Positions 9,071 to 20,103 of a DNA stretch of 33,154 bases are shown here, piece after piece. Position numbers and translations under genes: made by a program. Every line of letters begins with the position of its first letter. The first letter of the stretch is position 1. Source of the stretch: Trypethelium eluteriae (Eukaryota); contig JAVECL010000246.1 of assembly GCA_051942245.1 (NCBI GenBank), positions 1-33,154 on the forward strand, given 5' to 3'. The notes beneath the pieces were generated by a model. The model ran no database searches. It was not told the DNA's origin and worked only from the letters and a program-made list of their open reading frames with translations.

Positions 9071-12000
9071 ACAGATCGCTTCTAGCTACTCCTTGTGTGC
9101 ATTGGGGGTTCATTTTTCTTTTATCACGTCTGTAATGGGTGGTATTCTGTCTGCGAGTTGGATACCCTGAAAAGCGCTCCCCCATCATGAACCGGTTCCA
9201 CTGATACGGCTGCATTGCGGACTTAAAGAGTCCTTTACCGCACTTCCCATCTGAATCGAGAAGGCTCTATGGTCATCTCCAAAACCTCCCCTCGTTGCGC
9301 TTATTGATCCGTGTTTATGATTCTGCGAGTGTCACCTTTCTTGACTGCGTTGGAGTTTCAGTGAGGAATTGCCAACCATGATGCAAGAACGGTCACGCTA
9401 CTCATATGCAACGATTATGCTGCCTTTTTTTTTTTCTTCACATTTGTTTGCAGAAGACTCGTTGACCGAGCATGGCAAAGTTGAGGGCTTTTGCAATTTC
9501 CTTGCTTAGGACTACTGGCATTGCATGGGCGTCTCGAGGTCTCTACAAAATTACGGCTTGAGCAATCAACCAGTGTTGCTAAAATGGCTAAAGTGTAGCC
9601 TTTCGCGCCTTTTCTATTACCTAAAATTTGTGTTCACTCTTGCTTGGGCGAAACATTAATAAGCATTCTTTGTAAATTCTACTTCATGCTACTATTACTA
9701 TTAGTATTCGTCTAGTCACGTTGTCCCAAACCACAAGGGACACCAGTAGAGGAGAAAATTAAGATTCGATTCATCACCACAGCCACCAAGTCATCCATGG
9801 GCTCAATGCGATCTACCCGTCACATGCCGTGGAACAAAGATAGGGTTTTCCCTAATCATCCGACACAATTAGAACGACTGTCGGATGCTTCCCGAGTACC
9901 CTAAATTTCCCCTTTACCCTAACGGCTCCATAAGACCGCCCTCATCGTGTACGAATGGGAAATTCAGGACAGACAAGATCGACGCCAGGGGTGTTCGTTG
10001 AAGGCAGCTCAGCAGACACCGCTACATAGCAAATAAGTACCTAGTGACCCGGTAAGAACCAAGTTTTCGAAGGAGCAGGCCCACGAGCAGGGACATTTCC
10101 ATACGAATTTGTCCATGCTGTACATTGACCCAGCCGCACTAGCTCTAATCCAGTCGTTCCCTTCTCTACCGATATCCGCAGCAATGGGTGCGCAGAGTGT
10201 GTAGCTGCACCAAGTAGAACCTTCCGAATTTGAAATCGGTTCCACTTTGCACCCCTCCACTTTCTCTTCTCATCCTCACCGAGGCAGGAAATACGACATG
10301 CGTCTCTAAGACGACCGCAGGAAGGAGGCTTAGCCAAGCGTGACCGCGTAGATCCCTCCGTAAGAAGGCCCGATTTGTTTCTTCGGGATGGATGGATGGC
10401 CCGCGAAACATGAGCTGAGACGCAAGTAGATAATTGTCAAGACGCGACAAGCCTCAAGCGCCGCGGGAGAGCGACCGGACCGGAAGCGCGAGGGAGTGCA
10501 TTGCATAGCAGAGAGGCTTAGTGTGCTTGGCGAGGCAGTAAGGAAGTGGTAGAGGCTTGGCAGGTTTTAGTATTGCGTTGAGGCCAGCCGGTGGGTGAGG
10601 CGATGACGGGCGCAAGGGGGGAAGTTGGCAAGGGTAGGGATAAGATAACCTGAGAGATAGAGGGAAAAGAGAGAACCATGGATGTGACACAAGACTTGAG
10701 GAGTGCATAGAGGTTAGTAAATAGTGGTATGTAGATCCCTGATCCGTTGTTAGTACGACTGACCGTCCGCTGTGGCTGGTACACGGCAAGATACTATTAA
10801 GAAATGATTACGTAGTTTGTTAACTGCTGAGTGACCTTATTCAGGTGGCGCTTGGTGCGGTTTAGTGTACCGTTATATGGCCTCAGGTGATTTTGAAGGA
10901 ACTAGATGCGTCTAGATGGGATTTTCATGATAAGAGCAGTTACCTCGGTACCTAGCCGGTATCTAACCCTTGAGTGGGCTCGTGATGAACGTGCGAAGCG
11001 GAAAAACACATTTCCATGTACGGGAAATGGCGTACCTTCGCTCTCGAAAACGTAGGGAATGTGGCTAAAAAGTGTGATTATGAGCAGTGCAGACCGATAT
11101 GACTGTAAGAGGTACTTCGGTCCGCCACACTTTTACGCCTTGGTAAAGCCCACGAGAATGATTGATTGTATGATGACAACTGATAACGGGTAGTCAAGCC
11201 TCGGCCTGTGCCCTAGAATCCTACCAAGAATACGATGCTGCTGACAGCTTACTTGTTTCGCGCCAATACCGTGAGCCAGACGACGCTTAAGATCGTTGCC
11301 TGTTTGATCAGAAAGGGATAGTTATTAGTAGGACTCTACGGAGTACGGTAGTGTCGGATAGGGTAGACGTTGAACCCTAATCAACTTATGCAGGTTCCCA
11401 CCCCAAGTATTTGTTTTAGCAGTATGGCTGACTCGGTCGGGATGGGACTTGTCTGATTTGAAAAAAGCTCGTGAGGGGAAAGCAAAAGTGGCGAGATTTT
11501 TTTAGAGGGGCTAATGAGAGGAAACTCCCTGGATAACCAACACGGATTGGACATCAATGTCCAAGTTACTCCCTGGCTCTCCCGAGAAATGGCCGGTAGC
11601 CAATCCATTGCTTCATCATGGCACCTGGAGAGGCTCGATGTCGCAAGGAGAGCGGGATCGGCCGTTGGAGCGCGGAGAAAGAAAGAGATCCCAGAAAAAA
11701 ACCACCTTGTTTTAGGAAGACCCAGGATGCCAGACAGACCCCCAAAGCATGCAAATGCACCGCCCAAAAATTCTGAATCGCTCTCACATGAAAGCGAGAT
11801 CTTTGAATGTCTCTTTAGAAATATCTGCCGACAGTTTTCAGCTGCAGTCTACAATGAGTGGTCTCTCTGTCCGAGGGTGAATTTAGCCGACGGTATTTGT
11901 GCCACTGCATTGGGCATCGTTTTCGAAAATCTCTGCCCTGGCACTTTGGCGATTGCGGGCTCCTGATATGATGCGTGACGTCTTCGCATAGAGCGACTTG

Positions 12001-13151
12001 GGCCACACAATGGCTAGCGCTGAATCTGTGCGCTTGCCCGACATTCATTTCTTTGATCGACTCACTAAAGGATCCTTTCAAGTGCAGGACACTAAGCTTG
12101 AGAAAGTAGCTCTCCGTGGAGAAACTTGTTTTGCATGGATGAAAACAAATGAGCTTGGCTGTGAAGCTGCAGCAAGTTCAAGGATGGCGGTATTCCACAA
12201 GTGTCTCCAGTCTCCAGGTTGACAATGCCCTGATGCTTTCAGAATGCCTTCATCCCGGTACGCATGATGAATCCAGACGAGAACCACTGGGCACATTGAC
12301 GCTCGGCCGGATCTGGCACCCGAGACCCCTATGCCACCATGCAGGCACACCCTGTCATGCGGAAGTCTCCGTAAAATGGCTGATTGGCGCTGGTTCATCA
12401 ACCAGGCCGGAATGCCTGTAGCCGCCGATGGTGACCCCAGAGAGAGATCTCTCCATGAAACGGGTTTCAAACTTTGAGCAGGAGTCAAGTTCAGAACAGC
12501 CAGTGTTAATATTTTATTATCTGATCAGATTCAGCCTTCAATGGACAAGTAGCGCTCCCGATCGGCGCAGGGGCGCAGTTCTAGCCTCGAGCAGTAGCAC
12601 CAGAGACGTTAGATTAAACGGCTGGGGCTTATACCTGCCTTTTCCAGCCCAGCCTACGACAGGGCACGCAGCACCGGCTTGTGGTCGTCATGCCTTCGGT
12701 GCCTTCCATGGCGCTCCCAAATGCCTTCGTGATTCGTATTCGATCGGGTCGGACGCGGGAGGATAGGAGATTGGGACTACCAATGTTGGCAGGGGTTTGA
12801 TCAGCATTCAAGAATGATGGCTTGGAAGGGCGACGCGTTGCAGGCGCAGCCATTAATCATCTCGTAGAAAGTGGAGAGCTTTCGCCCTCTTGACCCGCTT
12901 CTCAATCGGCTGTGGTGGGGAACGGGTCACGAAGAAACTTTGGGCGCTTGCAGGATCGGTCTTGCTGCTCGGACCTCGAGATCACGAACCAGGATCAGAA
13001 GTGGAGGCTGAGTCTGACCGCACCGATCGCTTAGACTACCCGCGCGCTTAGCTTTGCAGCGGTCGTCTAATGGACGTATCTCCGACGAGTTTAACGGAGG
13101 CACGTGCCTGGCCTCGACGTTCATCGTTGACAATGTTGAGGATGAGATGCA

Positions 13152-14396
13152 ATGGCAGGCGGAGTGAGGACCACCCTGTGGCTACTGAAGCCCAAGGAGA
13201 GTTCAGCCATCTGTGCAAGAGATTTACCGTTCCGAGTTATATCAAATGCACGTGTCTCTGCGAGATGGGGAATTTCCATCAGATGCGCGTCTGCAGGAGA
13301 CACGTCCAAAAACTTAGGTCTAGCTGCTTCAAAAGCATACACACAACGATCCGGAAAGGTAGTCAATTCAAGACGAGATGCCGGGCCTCTGAAAGTGCGA
13401 GCCTCGTCAATTGGCATGTGCTGGACGTGTCAGCGGCGATATCTAGCATCAGAGAAAGGAAGATCTAACCAAGACACGAAACCTCGTCCCAAGCTGGTCG
13501 AATCCACGCGAAAGCTCCGTGAACAAGTACAGTCAAAACTGTCGAATCTCACGCCTCATGAAAATATCTACACAGTACCAAATCTGCTCACCTTTAGCCG
13601 TTTACTGGCGGCACCGGCAATCGGTTATCTTGTCCTTCGCGACCACCATGCTTTGGCGGTTGGACTGTTCGCCTATGCTGGCATAACTGACCTGGTCGAT
13701 GGGTATATTGCTAGACGTTGGAAACTACAAACAGTTGTTGGAAGTATCATCGACCCCATGGCGGACAAGGCCCTAATGTTCATCCTGACCGTTTGCCTGG
13801 CGGTGAAGGGTGCTATACCACGTACGTTCTGACCAGTCTGACATCGAAAGCGAACCTCAATTCACACTCTCGCAGTATACCTCGCTACGCTCATTCTCGG
13901 TCGAGATGCGTCTCTCGCAACGGCTGCGATCTATTATCGCTATGCCTCTCTTCCGGCTCCGAAGACCTTTTCGAGATACTGGGACTTTTCTCTGCCGTCA
14001 GCTGAAGTTTATCCCACAACTGTCAGCAAGCACAACACTTTCCTCCAACTTATACTCCTCGGCGCGACTACAGCGCTACCCCTTGTCAGCAGTGACGGCC
14101 ATCACCTTCATCTCGGCGGTCTTATCCCTGCGCTGGAGGCCGCAGACATCGGAGCTGCGATGATGGCATTCCAAATTCTCGTCGCGGGAACCACAGCTTG
14201 GAGTGGTATGAGTTATGCATTCCTCAAAGATGCAGTAAAAATCCTGGGTCACGATGAAGAGGTTAAGAAAAACCAGGGTCGAACTGGCCGAGCCGTGATT
14301 GGTATAACTTTTGCGTCTTGCTTGACATTAGCAGCTTGGCTCGCGGTGCAAAAGCCAGAAGAGAAGACCAGGGAGTCGCGCGAAAAGGAACTCTAG
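13152..14396 (+). CDS. CRD1: Cardiolipin synthase (CDP-alcohol phosphatidyltransferase); join(13152..13821,13876..14396)
   Basis: HENIYTVPNLLTFSRL and the CDP-OH motif TDLVDGYIARRWKLQTVVGSIIDPMADK. Removing intron 13822-13875 (GTACGT...CGCAG) continues into LYLATLILGRD...YYRYASLPAPKTFSRYWDFSLPSAEVYPTTVSK. The Arg/Ser-rich N-terminus fits mitochondrial targeting; the exact start is less certain. Confidence 0.92.
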
Positions 14397-14568
14397 ATGG
14401 CGCAAAGTACGACGTGTATGATAAGTACGAAGTCGCGTAAGCGAAATTTTTTAAAATCTAAACCTCAACACCCAGGGCCCTCCTTCAGGAATGTCATCAA
14501 ATCGAATCATGACCTACGCCTCCGTCATATGAGCATTCAACATTATTTTTTTTTTCTCGGCCTTCCCT

Positions 14569-16277
14569 TTAGTCAACTCGTAATCCCGGGTAGCCTCCCT
14601 TGACCTCCTCCTCCAGCCTCCCCAGATACGCAGGCACGCCTCCAAAATAATACACCAACCCCTTCTTCTTCCCCGGCACATTTTGCCCCCAGAAATAGCT
14701 CCTCGTCTCTTCGAAAAGCGTTCCCTTTAGCACAATTCCCGCATGCTCCGTCCATTCCGCTTGGGCCTCCTCCTTTGCCTCGACCCTCGTCTTCCCTGCT
14801 GCACGTATGTGCTCCAATAGCTCAACCATCCAATCGCCTTGGATCTCAGCACACAGAGGGCCGTTGCAGGTGCCGCTGGGAGACTGCGGGCCGTATGGAA
14901 AGAGCATGTTGGGAAAGCCGGAAGTAGCGAGCCCGAGGTAGGTGGACGGTCCTCTAGTGATCCAGAGATCGGAAAGAGAGAGGGGCTGAGAGTGCGACTC
15001 GGAATCAGTGGAGACGCCACGGATGGAGAGCTGAGTGAAGCTGCCGCTGCCGACGTCGAAGCCGGTGGCCAGAATGAGGATGTCGAGGGCATGATGGGTG
15101 CCAGACTGTAAAAGGACGCCAGAGGGTGTGATGGATGTGATGGGATCAGAGGGAAGGGAGACAAGGGAGACGTTGGGGAGGTTGAACGATTCGAAGTAAG
15201 TCTGTTCGAGAGGCACACGTTTGGTGCCAAAAGGATGGGGAGGAGTAGATGGGGCAAGGAGGGAGGCGATGGTAGGGTCGTGGACGCGCTGCCGGACTCG
15301 GTCACGCCAATAGGCATAGATGTGAGCATTCGAGGCGCGGTCTACGTACATATCCATGTAATTGGAGCTCCAGAAGGCGAAGCCGCCTGCATCCCAGAGG
15401 CGGTCAAATTCGCGCACTCGCTGCTCGGGAGTTTCGTCTTTTGCCGCGCGAGGGATCATGGAGCCGCTGGAGCCATCCCAGATGTTCTTACGATTGGCGA
15501 AAAAGTCTTCCCTTTCATCATTTGTTTTCTTGCTGAATTCAGGGTCGAATGCTCGTTGGCGCATGGGCACTGCTAATGCAGGCGTTTGCTGGAATACCGT
15601 CTACCCATACGTCAGCATTTTCCAACTCAAGGTCTATAGGACATTTTACGTACCAAGCTCTCCACCTCCGGTGCAATGGTCTGAACAACCTGCACTCCAC
15701 TCGCGCCCGTCCCCACTACACCCACCTTCTTCCCCTTCACATCCGGCTCTCCACCATTCCCCCATTTCGCCGTATGCCTTACCACCCCTTCAAATGCCTC
15801 GAATCCTTTCCAGTCCGGTACAAAAGGTCGTGCCGCATATCCCACACACGGCAAAAACCACCTCGCTCTCCACATCCTCCCATCGCTTGCCCGAACTTCC
15901 CACAACCGCTCTTGCTCATGCCACGTCGCGCCTTCCACCCACACCCCGAAAGTGCAGTGCTTCGCCAAACCCTCGTCCCCTTTCCTCCCTAAACGCTTCT
16001 CTGCAAACGCAAAATACGCCTGCAGTTCTTCTCGTCCAGGGAAGCGCTCTTTCCATTGCCAGGACGAGAGCTCTGGGAGGGAGAGCTGATACTCAGGAAC
16101 CTGGATGTCGACTCGAGCGCCGGGGTAGGTGTTGCTGTTCCAAACACCACCGAGAGAGGGGGAGGCGTCGAGAGCAAGGACGCGATAATTGAGATTTAGA
16201 AGCCGATGCACGAGGTAGGTACCTGAGAAGCCAGTGCCAACAATGAGAACATCGAGGGGGCCAGTGGAAGTGGACAT
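14569..16277 (-). CDS. Type I Baeyer-Villiger monooxygenase (cyclohexanone/cyclopentanone monooxygenase-like); complement join(14569..15600,15654..16277), ~551 aa
   Basis: Two Rossmann motifs (DVLIVGTGFSG and VGVVGTGASG), GGVWNSNTYPGARVD, fingerprint FEGVVRHTAKW, catalytic-Arg segment FGTKR, and LATGFD. Intron 15601-15653 (GTACGT...GCTGAC...TAG) joins the two ORFs in frame. Confidence 0.94.
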
Positions 16278-18073
16278 GGCTGTAGTTGGGGTGCTAATGA
16301 AATAGAGCGTGGGAGGCAGCGAATGGAGTAGATACACGAGAGTGAGGATTTCTAGCAGTGAGGTGAGAAGATATCTACAATTCGCAAGAGTGCTGTTTTT
16401 AGGACCCTGGAATAATCATGCACTGGAACTCAATCCATTATTGCTCCGAAGCCTTTCGTTCATGAAAATAGCATTGCGCAGCAGAACATTGAGATCAGAT
16501 ACTTATCAAAGGCGAGATTTCTTTAGGTCAATCACAACTTGCTACAAGCTTGCAGTAATTCCTTATTTATGAGCTTGCTAACGAGCCATTTGGCTACAGT
16601 CCTCTGCGATCAGGCAGCAAAGATGACGATGCTGTGGTACTCGGTATCGGATCACGTCATTGTGCTACTCAGGATTACCAAGCATCTGCGACGTCCCTGC
16701 ATGGTCTTCAGATCTTACTGCAGACGAGATCTATAATCGCTCATCCTTCGTTCCTTAATCAGGGGCGTACAATCGTGGAGTCCCACCTCTTTGAGCTTGT
16801 GCGGTTTGCTTCAATGGTAATATTTATTGCTGGGGATGGGCTCGGGCGTGTCAGGATAGGTAGAGTATCGCAACATCGACCTTTCGTCGATGCGGCTAGC
16901 TGCGGCACAGCTTAGCTGTGCCTAACTAGATTACCTAGGTAGGTGCCCACAGCATGACACTGGCTATTATTGCAAAGTGTTTGGTAAGAAAACAAAGCCC
17001 GCTAAGGTATCAAGCAAGTGCACATAGCAGTTGGAACAGTGAAAAGACCTGTGAAGTTGGAGCCAGAAAACTCAATTCTCTGTCGAGAACACTCTCCGGT
17101 GTAGGATAAACGACCAACAACTTTTTAGAGGTAGCAAACTCTGAAGCGGAGCGCCTGGACAATTCTCCACGTACCGATATGCTGACTTGCATGAGCGCGT
17201 CCTCTTGCAGTAGCTTTTCAATAGACTATGAGATAGTTTTAACCCAATGAGTTGCTTTCTCCATTTGAAAATAGTGCGGATACATAAAATCTGGTCGTCT
17301 TAGCCGCAGAAAGCCACTGCATACCTCAGGCCAAGATCAGGCTCCAGCCTATATTTGAGGAGAAATGATTCGTGTGGATGTATCGAAGATGTTGCTGTGA
17401 ACATATCATCGCATAAATTACTGTAGCAGCTGCATGAAAGACTACATGGCGTGGTAGGCTTCTGGAATGCAAACATCAAAATATCTTTTAGTCCCTGCAC
17501 TTGGATGTCTAGAATGCGAAAATTAGCCATTCCAATCCATAGACGAATTCCAAGGTCTTTACAAGTGGTGCACTTCCTGCAGGGGCTCTCTTCACTTTGT
17601 GACTTTATCTGCTTCCATCAAGAGTAAAATGCCAGAAGACTAAGCAGCCAGCAAAACAGAACTATACGTTAAGTTGCTCGCCGAAACTGAATTCCTCGCA
17701 GTGTCACGGTGATGCATTCGTCTTTCATCTTACTTGGGGATAGAAAAGAAAAGCCCTATCATTTGGTTGTGCTGAGTGTAAGATACGCCTCTGGCCCAAT
17801 GCTACTATATGCTAGCTAGCGCCATTGACTTTCGTAGTGACTTCAGAGATAAGATGACCAGCAAATATGCAAGGCCTGGGCTCTGAAGAGTCTAGCCATG
17901 ATCGAAGCATCCGTCATTATTCTTGCAGCCCCCAGGCTAAGCCTTACACGTGTCTCCGTCCGCAGAATGGGCACCTGCGGGGGAAGGGAGGAAGCTTCCT
18001 TGGTCTCAAGGCTCTCGAGTGTTTGATCAATTGCTCTGTGCTCAGGGATTTAGGCTCCGACCTAGGTATAAAG

Positions 18074-18838
18074 TCAGCCTTGTAGGATACGATATGACGA
18101 TGGAACATACGGTGATGTTGGACTCATTATTTCTCTTACTACATCTTGGAGCTCTCCATCCTGAAGCAAGTCCGTGTTATGGTTCATCTGCACGTTTCGG
18201 ATTCCTCGGAGCTGCTTCAATGGCTCTAGAATGGTCGTAGTCGTCCGTAGCAGCTTCTGGTATTCCCTCTCGTTCATTCTACGCCTGTGAGGTGAATCAA
18301 CACCTTCGTTGTATTCTCTCTTCCCCAAGCTGACCCAGGAGTGTCGAATATAACTATCGAGAGAAATCGTTAGAGTATCTAGTGATTCAAACTCTTTGAG
18401 TAGGTCGACCAATTTCTCAACCTGCCGCCGTTTCTGTATGAGATCTGCCTGATGATCATCACCAGTCGAAGCCGAAAAGTCGAGAATCACCGCGCATTTT
18501 CGTACCCACTGCCTATACGTATTGCAGTCTTCAGACTCTATGCAGTTACTCCTCCAAAAGTCCGGTCTGTTCGTTCCAAGCGCCTTTTGGTGAATAGTAA
18601 AATGGTGGACGCAGGGGCTGACACTATCGCGCTCAAGATACACGACAAAGGTGTGATATTGGCATATATATGCCATAAAAGCGCTCCGAAGAAGGCGACA
18701 CACATGGAGGAGGGCGACAGGAAAGCTGAGGTAGCCTCTTTCATTGATGAACTCGGAGCTCTGGGATGCGATTACGTAGGAATAGATTTCGTGCTGTAGC
18801 TCGAGCGGAAGCCTTAGTAGAGGAACGTTGCCTGCCAT
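18074..18838 (-). CDS. Hypothetical protein with an N-terminal F-box-like motif
   Basis: 254-aa ATG-initiated ORF. LLRLPLELQHEIYSYV followed by ALLHVCR, and C-terminal ILEPLKQLRGIRNV, are patterns typical of fungal F-box-like orphan proteins. Confidence 0.75.
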   Translation of the reverse strand: MAGNVPLLRLPLELQHEIYSYVIASQSSEFINERGYLSFPVALLHVCRLLRSAFMAYICQYHTFVVYLERDSVSPCVHHFTIHQKALGTNRPDFWRSNCIESEDCNTYRQWVRKCAVILDFSASTGDDHQADLIQKRRQVEKLVDLLKEFESLDTLTISLDSYIRHSWVSLGKREYNEGVDSPHRRRMNEREYQKLLRTTTTILEPLKQLRGIRNVQMNHNTDLLQDGELQDVVREIMSPTSPYVPSSYRILQG

Positions 18839-19027
18839 GATGGCAATCTGTTGACAGAAAAGCTCTGATCAAAGTTTGAATGTGATGGTTCAGAAAGTAG
18901 CCATGGGTGAACCGTGGGGTTGAGGGACAGTTATAGTCACGGGAACTGCTGTGATCTTTAAGGTCCTTAAACCTTCGTCTCCCTCTTACACGTTGGTGTT
19001 GGACCATTTGTGAGGATATGGGTCATG

Positions 19028-19289
19028 TCACGTCACTGTGAGCTCAACTACGGATGTCGAGTAAATGTACGTGAGAACGAATTCTAAGACTCCTCGCGAG
19101 ACTCGCATCAGAGCTGCCTCACCGCGTGGCCAGGCGTGATGCGGTGAGTGCCTACATGTGTGATTCTTGCGTATAGTGCAGTCCTGGATGACTAAATGAG
19201 GGAGAACATAAGAGTAGATTGCATGTAGAAACTCAAGGAGGAAGCTGCGAAAAGAACGGTGGTGAGCCACCATTCAACTTTCCTGCCAT
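19028..19289 (-). pseudogene. Frameshifted, truncated tandem paralogue of the adjacent F-box-like gene
   Basis: ATG at 19289 gives MAGKLNGGSPPFFSQLP. One extra C near 19235-19240 separates it from LEFLHAIYSYVL...AALMRVSR...YIYS, which ends at TGA 19028-19030. The neighbour reads MAGNVPLLRLPLELQHEIYSYVI...ALLHVCR. Confidence 0.6.
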
Positions 19290-20103
19290 ATATGAAAGAT
19301 GATCGTTTCGGAAGAACTGGGTGGAGGGAGGAGTGACGTGAATGAGAGGGTTTATACGGAATCATGTGGCTGCGGGCGATTCCTCAGGCTGGTTCGTATG
19401 TCCAGATGTCTACATGAACTCGCAAATTGTCAGACTGACTTCGAATGGGGTCAAAGACAATCTAGAGATAGAGAGTCTACGTAGTCGAGAGGATGACTGA
19501 TTTCCATGATATGCAAGTGTGCACAGACATGAAGACAAAGAATTCTAGAAGGGATTCTTATGGAGAATGAGTGGCTTCACGGATAGCTATCACCGCCGTT
19601 GGTGTAGCAAGCGTGAAATAGCCAGTCGCAATGACCTTACATCTCCCTCGAGGTTGTGTTAATACGCGAAGACCCCTGGAAATTCGCCGCTATTCATTGT
19701 GGCCAAGCCACAGGCGCGGAGAATAATGTACGATACCTAAATGATGTGGCATCATGTGGCTACACTACCTCAAGAGTAAAGGTGTACTTAGCGCTCCAAA
19801 TCTCCATTGATAACTCACAAGATGTCTCAAGGAGAGATCGGGACGATGGGAGAGATCTTCCAATCAAAGACCCCGGAACAATCGTTAAGGAATAACTCGG
19901 GAGAAGTTCCGTCGAGTGCGGCTGGCCGTCATGTCCAGGCCAGGCGTGCCAGGGGGGTTTTTCTTTCCCCGAGAAGCAAAGTCCAGGCGGTGAGATGCGT
20001 CAATATAATTTCTCCAACATGATACTCCGTGTATCTTATCCCAACACCTGCCGGCTACTTTCAACCATTTACCACCTACGTACTATCCAGCGATTTCTGA
20101 GTC

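Noticed and set aside
11170..11244. Possible box C/D snoRNA (ATGATGA ... CTGA with a 3-bp terminal stem)
   Set aside because: No convincing C'/D' pair and no rRNA-complementary guide that I could identify; these short boxes occur often by chance.
15362..16192. 276-aa + strand ORF
   Set aside because: Antisense shadow of the BVMO gene, reflecting its compositional skew.
14569..19289. BVMO as part of a secondary-metabolite cluster
   Set aside because: No PKS, NRPS, terpene synthase, transporter or pathway-specific regulator nearby in this window.
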